From contig CALDNA010000016.1 in NCBI GenBank assembly GCA_937915175.1, positions 54,956 to 118,955 of the forward strand: a DNA stretch of 64,000 nucleotides. The letters are read 5' to 3'. The position numbers were made by a program, and so were the translations under genes. Of this stretch, positions 58,070-64,000 are shown piece after piece (position 1 is the first letter of the stretch; each line of letters opens with the position of its first letter). The notes below the pieces were generated by a model. The model was not told the origin of the DNA and made no database searches. It worked only from the letters and a program-made list of their open reading frames with translations. The stretch comes from an uncultured euryarchaeote. Lineage in GTDB: Archaea > Thermoplasmatota > Poseidoniia > Poseidoniales > Poseidoniaceae.

Positions 58070-59026
58070 ATGCTGTCGCGCAATACCCGTCTCCTCATGG
58101 TTGGTTTGATTGCCCTCCTGTTCGCAGCCCCTGCTTTAGGGATGCCAGGTGGACCCCCTTGGAAGAACGGCGATTCACTCGTCGTTGAATCCGGTTGCTC
58201 ATGCCACGGTGACGGCGTTCCATCTACCGAAGTCGTCGTTTCGATTTCGGGTGTTCCACGCTCGTATACCCTAGATGAAACATACACGCTCACCGTTTCA
58301 CTCCAGCATGCATCCAATGCTGAGGGCGGATTTATGATCTGGGATTACAACATCGGCTCGCTCGCACCTGGCGAAGGTTCAGCGGTTGTCGCCGATGAAC
58401 CCGGAGCCATTTCACAAAGCGCTGTGGGCAACAACTGGGTCTTTACGTGGACCGCTCCATCCGAAGATGTTGGTGTTGTTCCGTTCCAACTCGTTGGGAA
58501 CGCTGTCAATGGCAACGGAAACTTCGATGCAGGCGATGCATGGAATATTCTCTCCTTCTCCATATCCCCACCGGGCAGCACCACGAACGATGGCACCGAT
58601 GAATTGGCCGTGCGAACCATCAGCGTAGGGGACTACGACAGCCTGTTTGTTGCTGACGTCGATCCTGAAGTAGCAGAGATTGAGCGGCAAGAAGAACTAG
58701 CAGATTTGTTTTTCGATGAAGGGAACATCTACTACTTTGCAACCTTCTCCATCCTCCTCGTGGCCGCCGTCATCCAAGGTGAATTTTACCAACGACGCTT
58801 TGCCGGTGGACCTGAACATTTGGACAAAAGTTTGGCCATCCCACAGGGTCTTCGCCGAGGCGCTCTCAGTGCAGGCTTGCTGATTCTGTTTGCTTACCTC
58901 ATGGACAACGACTCTGGATGGCAACTCAGCCTAACCGTTGGGATGTGTACCCTTTGGGCCATGTATGGCGTTTACAGGACCATTGACCAAGCTCGCGCAG
59001 AACCTCAACCAGAAGACCTTGTTTGA
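58070..59026 (+). CDS. Secreted Reeler-like domain membrane protein
   Basis: Signal peptide, GCSCHG, WVFTWTAP, NAVNGNG...D; three C-terminal TM helices. Confidence 0.65.
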   Translation: MLSRNTRLLMVGLIALLFAAPALGMPGGPPWKNGDSLVVESGCSCHGDGVPSTEVVVSISGVPRSYTLDETYTLTVSLQHASNAEGGFMIWDYNIGSLAPGEGSAVVADEPGAISQSAVGNNWVFTWTAPSEDVGVVPFQLVGNAVNGNGNFDAGDAWNILSFSISPPGSTTNDGTDELAVRTISVGDYDSLFVADVDPEVAEIERQEELADLFFDEGNIYYFATFSILLVAAVIQGEFYQRRFAGGPEHLDKSLAIPQGLRRGALSAGLLILFAYLMDNDSGWQLSLTVGMCTLWAMYGVYRTIDQARAEPQPEDLV

Positions 59027-59066
59027 GTCACTTCCACCTCCCCAAATCCAGGGTTGAGGGTACACC

Positions 59067-60383
59067 ATGTCTTTGCAACTCGAACGGGATCAGCGGGTAC
59101 ATCTTCAAGCCCACCTCGACGAATTGACTGGTCGAGTCACTCTCATTTTTGCCGCCATCGTCGTGATGACGCTTGTGGTTTCGACCCAAATCGATGCTTG
59201 GTTGGATCTGCTGCTTGCTAAAATTGACCCATGCAGCAGTGATTGTCTCAACCTCTATGATCCTGCCCGATGGAGCGCCGTACGGTGGCTCGGCGCACTG
59301 TTAGCCGCCATCGCTCTCGCATCGCCACTGATTATGCAACAGGCTTGGGCCTTCAGCAACAAAGGCTTGTTGCCCAGCGAGCGTGCATGGATGCTACGCT
59401 GGATGTTTGGTGGATGCGCCGTGGCTCTAACCGCATCAACCCTTACCCTCGTTTGGCTTCTTCCAACAACATTTGGTGTTGGGCATTCAATTCAAACCGA
59501 CATGGGTTTAGTTGCACGTTATGATGCGGTCCTAATGCTTTCAATCGCCATTGCTGTGATTTGGATGCAAACCGTCGTCAGCGTGGCTGTATTGGCACTG
59601 GCCATTGCAGGACAACTTGGTGCTCTCAACAAACACACGGCGGATTGGTGGCGCTTGAGAACCTATGGATTAGTGCTTTTGTTGCTGTATGCATCGCTGC
59701 CACAATTTGGTGGTCTTGCGTTTGTCTTGATCGTTGCGTCGCTGTTGGTGATGGAGGTTGTTTGCAAGCCGTGGTTGAATCAAGAGCCACCCCTCGCTGT
59801 TGAAATCGTAACGGTGTTGGACGAAGAAGGCGGTGCTCGGCGACCGATGGTGTTAGAATGCCACTGCAACGGAGCAGCCATACCTTTGCCGTCGCCAATC
59901 GATTTGTCTGTGCCGCGTCTTGCCTACGAAGGCTTGTGCAGGTCCGAACACCAACGGGAGCAGGTTTTAGACGTCATATTAGCCACCAAAGCAACCGACC
60001 TTATCGTTACAGGTTGCGATGGAGTCCCCCTCGGAGAACAATTCAAATCCAATTGCACAAGCCTTGGAGCCAGTTTGCGAGGAATGAACCTGCTTGAGCG
60101 GCAATCCTATCGAACCCAACCCGCACAACATCCTGGACTTGAATTCAAATTGATGCTTGCCCAACTAAGTTCCCCGTGGCCGGAACAAAATCAAATTGAA
60201 AGGCTCGTCCACATCATGAAGAAGCATCCCGATCAAACCTATGTCTACACCTCAGGCAACGAGAAGCATTCATGGGGCCAACAACTTAACCCAGACAGCG
60301 TCTTCATTCACATTCCGTCAGCGTTCAAAAAAGAATTTGAACAACGCGTGGAGAACCTCAGAATTTCCGTTGAATGCATTTGA
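59067..60383 (+). CDS. TatC-like membrane protein fused to a C-terminal Cys-rich soluble domain
   Basis: HLDEL.GR and Q.WAF..GL..ER TatC-like motifs, about 6 TM segments, then CHC...C...GC...C. Confidence 0.65.
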   Translation: MSLQLERDQRVHLQAHLDELTGRVTLIFAAIVVMTLVVSTQIDAWLDLLLAKIDPCSSDCLNLYDPARWSAVRWLGALLAAIALASPLIMQQAWAFSNKGLLPSERAWMLRWMFGGCAVALTASTLTLVWLLPTTFGVGHSIQTDMGLVARYDAVLMLSIAIAVIWMQTVVSVAVLALAIAGQLGALNKHTADWWRLRTYGLVLLLLYASLPQFGGLAFVLIVASLLVMEVVCKPWLNQEPPLAVEIVTVLDEEGGARRPMVLECHCNGAAIPLPSPIDLSVPRLAYEGLCRSEHQREQVLDVILATKATDLIVTGCDGVPLGEQFKSNCTSLGASLRGMNLLERQSYRTQPAQHPGLEFKLMLAQLSSPWPEQNQIERLVHIMKKHPDQTYVYTSGNEKHSWGQQLNPDSVFIHIPSAFKKEFEQRVENLRISVECI

Positions 60384-60386
60384 TTC

Positions 60387-60392
60387 TTTTTG
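60387..60392 (+). terminator. Possible oligo-T terminator
   Basis: T6 tract 3 bp after the stop of the TatC-like gene. Confidence 0.35.
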
Positions 60393-60459
60393 AATTAAAT
60401 TACGATTCCGAGGGTCAATGCACACAAGGATTCAAACCAAATGGTAGGGAGGTTAAGCC

Positions 60460-62577
60460 ATGAACCCAAGAATCGGTGTCCCCTTCATGGTGGCTCTTCT
60501 CTTGGCGAGCAGTTGGGCGTTTTCAAATGAGCAAACGGTCAACGATTGGGTCCGCGAAAACCAATTTGAAGCGGAATCCGAAGAACTGGCGCTTCTTGGC
60601 ATGCAGAACAATGAAACTTGGCTTGTCCTAATTGCAGACTTCCAATCTGACCGGGCAAGCGAGGCATGGGGTCCTGACCAAGCTCAGTACCTCCTGGACG
60701 ATGTTGCAGCAGCCTACATCGGGCAAGTTTCAGGCAATCAAAGTCAACTCAATGTTGTTGTCGACCAGAAGGTGACGACAGCGACAGACTCGATGGAGTC
60801 GTACGGGACTGATGTTGGCGGAAACAGAGACACAGACGCATCAGGTCAATTCCAACCCATGCGTCTGGCCGAAGAAGTCGTACTGGATCATGCAAGCGAT
60901 ATTAATTGGTCTCAATTCGATCTCAATTCAGATGGCGTCATCGACCGTTTGCTGATCTTACACACCACCAAAGGGCAAGAAGAGACACCTGGCCAAACCA
61001 ATAAAATTTGGAGTCATTTTACACAGTTCGAGGACCCAATACCAGTCGCCAAAGGGTACACAGTCGGGCATTACACAATGGCAAGCCTTCGTACGGGGTC
61101 AAGCGGCATAGGAATTATTCTGCACGAAATGATGCATCAAATGGGCGCTCTTGACCTTTATCCGGTTCATGAAGCAAACCCACAAAGCGACTGGCAAGGC
61201 GTCGGGAAATGGGACATCATGGCGAGCGGCAATTGGAACGGTGGTGGAGCATGGCCGGCACTGCCGACGGCTGCTTCGCTGGATTTGATTGGCCTCGAAC
61301 GAAGTTCATCCATGGATTTGACATGGCCCTCATCGAGCGTTGCACCATGCATTGGACCTACTGTGGAAATGGTGGGCATGAGCGAAGGTGGTAATGCGTT
61401 ACGAATCCAAGAGGATGAACAGCAAGTCATCTGGATTGAACATCGAACGGATTTTGGATTTGATTCGCATCTGCCTGGCCATGGAATTCTCGTCACCATG
61501 CAAGACAGAAGTGTGGGCGATGAAGAAAGGAACGAACTCAACAGGGACGCCGAACAACCGTGGTTGGCTGTGCTTGAAGCAGATGGACGCAATGATCTGA
61601 GGAAAGGCGCCAACGATGGCGAAGCCAGTGATTTGTTCACCAACGGCACCTCCTTTGGTGCGCAAGGTGTGCTGATTCGGGACCATGATGGCTTCTTGGT
61701 TCCCTGGACTGCAACGGTAAGCGGTGAAGAGAACCTTTCCCTCCAATTCACGGCTGCAAATTGCACCCCTAACTTCACGGCAAACGGGCCAGATTTTGGT
61801 GCAGTGCTTTTGCCAAGTGAATCGTTGATGTTCACGATGCAGACTGAAGCACCCTGCACCCTCAACCACACACTCACATTAACCGACGGACGAGGTATCG
61901 TCTTGGAACCCAGAAACTTGACATCTGGAATCACCGATGTCTCCTTGCAATTTGGATGGAACGGGACCCCAAATTCAGAATCAATACTTCAAGGAACAAT
62001 CACGTGTGGAACTGGCACGCTCGACCTCTCAACAAAAGTCTTGACATTAGCGCGTATTCCGGTGGAGAACTTGGTCACAGGCACCCTTTCGATCAACCAA
62101 GAAAGCATCATACTGCTGCCAATCGAATCGATTGGAACTGGATCGCAATCATTCACACTGGATTTGGATGGACCGATGTCAAGGGTCGCAACCATCGAAG
62201 ACCGGATTACGCTCACTGGAGAAGATAATCTTGAAGTTCAAATTACCCCCAACAACCTTCTGGAAAATGGCATGCGGGTGCGTGGCGAGCTCGTGTTGAT
62301 TGATTCAAACGGCCACCGCTGGATGTATGGATTGGAATTCACGGCAGAAACTGAAGAGCCTTCATCGCTCGAAGAATGGCGCACTCCTGGCCGTATACTG
62401 GGCCTTGTTGGCCTTGTCGCTGCTGTCTGGGTGTTGCTCGGAATGACCGAACGGAAAAAGAAACCAAAACCCTCTCCGGATGTGGAGCAAAACCAAGTGA
62501 TTGCCCATGCAACAGAACCACATGCATCAGAAGAAATTCATGACCCATGGGGTCGGCCTGTCGATAATTTCGACTGA
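60460..62577 (+). CDS. M6 family (immune inhibitor A-like) secreted metalloprotease, membrane anchored
   Basis: FDLNSDGVID, IWSH, HEMMHQMG..DLY and WDIMASG.W motifs; C-terminal TM helix. Confidence 0.85.
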   Translation: MNPRIGVPFMVALLLASSWAFSNEQTVNDWVRENQFEAESEELALLGMQNNETWLVLIADFQSDRASEAWGPDQAQYLLDDVAAAYIGQVSGNQSQLNVVVDQKVTTATDSMESYGTDVGGNRDTDASGQFQPMRLAEEVVLDHASDINWSQFDLNSDGVIDRLLILHTTKGQEETPGQTNKIWSHFTQFEDPIPVAKGYTVGHYTMASLRTGSSGIGIILHEMMHQMGALDLYPVHEANPQSDWQGVGKWDIMASGNWNGGGAWPALPTAASLDLIGLERSSSMDLTWPSSSVAPCIGPTVEMVGMSEGGNALRIQEDEQQVIWIEHRTDFGFDSHLPGHGILVTMQDRSVGDEERNELNRDAEQPWLAVLEADGRNDLRKGANDGEASDLFTNGTSFGAQGVLIRDHDGFLVPWTATVSGEENLSLQFTAANCTPNFTANGPDFGAVLLPSESLMFTMQTEAPCTLNHTLTLTDGRGIVLEPRNLTSGITDVSLQFGWNGTPNSESILQGTITCGTGTLDLSTKVLTLARIPVENLVTGTLSINQESIILLPIESIGTGSQSFTLDLDGPMSRVATIEDRITLTGEDNLEVQITPNNLLENGMRVRGELVLIDSNGHRWMYGLEFTAETEEPSSLEEWRTPGRILGLVGLVAAVWVLLGMTERKKKPKPSPDVEQNQVIAHATEPHASEEIHDPWGRPVDNFD

Positions 62578-63687
62578 TCAACGGCCTGGGAGCCAACGCT
62601 GAACTTGCAGGTACGACCAATCATCCTTCATGGTTAAGGCACAAACCCAAGATTTGTGAACACCTTCAGCTAAGCGAACCGCAAGGCATGCAGCGTTCCA
62701 TGTAACAGGAGCACGTTCCAAAGGCAAAAGCAACCACGGAGCATGTGTTTCTCCAACAGCCGCGTCGTAAATCCTCCATTGACTTCCGTACTTGAATCCA
62801 GGTCGCAAAACCACGCCTCGTCCCATTAAGTCATCATAGAGATGGAGGTGTGGAGGGAGTGGATTTGATTCAAGGCGTTCAGCGAGCCATTCACCTTCTT
62901 CTAAGCGCAGGTGACGCCCAGACTGGTGTTCGACCCCCAAGGAGGGCCAAGGCCATGTTCCCGTCAAGGGAATGTACCAACCCTCGCCTCGTTTGATTCG
63001 TGTTGCCCAATATTCTGCAAGGTGAGTTCGGGATGAATCATCGAGTTGAGACCATGTGGTTTGGTTTCCGCTGATGTCAGCAAAACTCAATCGATACATG
63101 GTCACGTCGAGTTCTTCATCGACGACAAACAGTTCAGCGATCATGCCGTTTTTGATGACGCTCCGAGTCCATTGTTCCATTTCCACCCAATCAACATCAT
63201 CGGTGGTCCAAGCCCACCGAACATGAGCCACAGGGTCTTCTTTGGAAAAAATTTGTTCACGGTTCCAGCGAAGCGCCCATGTTGTTGATGCAATCGTAAA
63301 TCCACGCTTTTCTGAAATGTTTTCGACGGGGACAACAAGTTCCCCGCCGCTTCTGGCCACATCGAACGCAACTGAGCGTGCAACCAAATCAGGATCGTTC
63401 TTGAGTGAATCAGAAAACCACTCATCGCTTGGTAGTGGGAGATGACGGTGCCAATGACAGAACAAAATCTCTTCATGAGTCATGAAAACACCACCGTCAG
63501 AATCCGTCCGGCCGAGAGCGCTTTTTTGATGCAAACGTGATGCCAAAGGTGCTTCAATGTACCACTCGTTATTTTTGTAAGACGGTGGAGGTAAGGGCAT
63601 GCTTGGTGCTTGATTTGGAGTCAATGAGGTGCCAAGCGGTCGCGTGGTGCGAACACGGGGGGTGAACGTTCTCTTGTGTCGCCCCAT
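62578..63687 (-). CDS. endA: tRNA-intron (splicing) endonuclease, two-unit (alpha2-like) size
   Basis: RG...RPGFKYG..WRIY, THAPW and RLAEGVHK supply the Tyr/His/Lys triad. Start uncertain (63711, 63687 or 63600). Confidence 0.75.
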   Translation of the reverse strand: MGRHKRTFTPRVRTTRPLGTSLTPNQAPSMPLPPPSYKNNEWYIEAPLASRLHQKSALGRTDSDGGVFMTHEEILFCHWHRHLPLPSDEWFSDSLKNDPDLVARSVAFDVARSGGELVVPVENISEKRGFTIASTTWALRWNREQIFSKEDPVAHVRWAWTTDDVDWVEMEQWTRSVIKNGMIAELFVVDEELDVTMYRLSFADISGNQTTWSQLDDSSRTHLAEYWATRIKRGEGWYIPLTGTWPWPSLGVEHQSGRHLRLEEGEWLAERLESNPLPPHLHLYDDLMGRGVVLRPGFKYGSQWRIYDAAVGETHAPWLLLPLERAPVTWNAACLAVRLAEGVHKSWVCALTMKDDWSYLQVQRWLPGR

Positions 63688-63777
63688 GGTCCTGCGTTGT
63701 GAACGCTTCATTTGAGTTCGTTGGTCAACCGATTGTCCTATGTGCTATGGGCGCTGACAAGCAACAGGGGAGCGAAA

Positions 63778-64000
63778 GTGGTCGACGGGTATCTCGGTTC
63801 ATTGACAACCGAACAGCGGATGCTTTTGCACCTGTTGGACCATCGACTTCCCGAAGGTGAATGGGAGGCTCCCGCTGCGGTAACTCAAGCGGGCATTTCC
63901 GCAGCGGTTCACGTCCAACGCAAGCACGTGCCCCGAACGCTCAAACGCCTCGAAGAAAGGGGAGACATCGTCAAGGCCAAGCGCCACGTTCCGGGCGGCA
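63778..64000 (+). CDS. Winged-helix (MarR-like) domain protein, N-terminal part (runs off the window edge)
   Basis: Not in the ORF track. From GTG 63778: ...EQRMLLHLL...TQAGISAAVHVQRKHVPRTLKRLEERG..., open to the window end. Confidence 0.65.
   Translation, partial: MVDGYLGSLTTEQRMLLHLLDHRLPEGEWEAPAAVTQAGISAAVHVQRKHVPRTLKRLEERGDIVKAKRHVPGG

Noticed and set aside
61167..61934. 255-aa minus-strand ORF (similarly 56880-57509 and 8830-9381)
   Set aside because: Antisense shadows of well-supported genes (M6 protease, pntB, metG).

Overview
Gene-dense archaeal chromosomal segment with no transposases, integrases, phage genes or CRISPR array. The information-processing genes are archaeal (priS, PAN, aMBF1, tsr3, kae1, rpS17e/L31e/L39e/S19e, tRNA splicing endonuclease). 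They sit alongside heterotrophic, bacterial-style metabolism (histidine degradation hutUHI plus split FTCD, methylmalonyl-CoA mutase/epimerase, three-gene transhydrogenase, mqnD) and large secreted proteins and proteases. This combination fits Marine Group II Euryarchaeota (Ca. Poseidoniales); that assignment is an inference. All product calls come from motif recognition, and no database search was run. The most notable observations are: (1) a preQ0 (7-deazaguanine) operon, RHH regulator-folE-queE-queC::msrB-queD, in which QueC has lost all four Zn-binding Cys and is fused in frame to an intact methionine-R-sulfoxide reductase; (2) an unlisted 56-aa ribbon-helix-helix gene heading that operon, with three 11-bp-phased operator-like repeats over its promoter; (3) a 28-bp dif-like Xer site near tRNA-Val; (4) a TatC-like protein fused to a Cys-rich domain resembling the HdrA N-terminus; (5) calmodulin-like EF-hand proteins; (6) convergent gene pairs that repeatedly abut stop-to-stop as TGATCA; and (7) a recurrent YTCAAR element at the TATA-box position.
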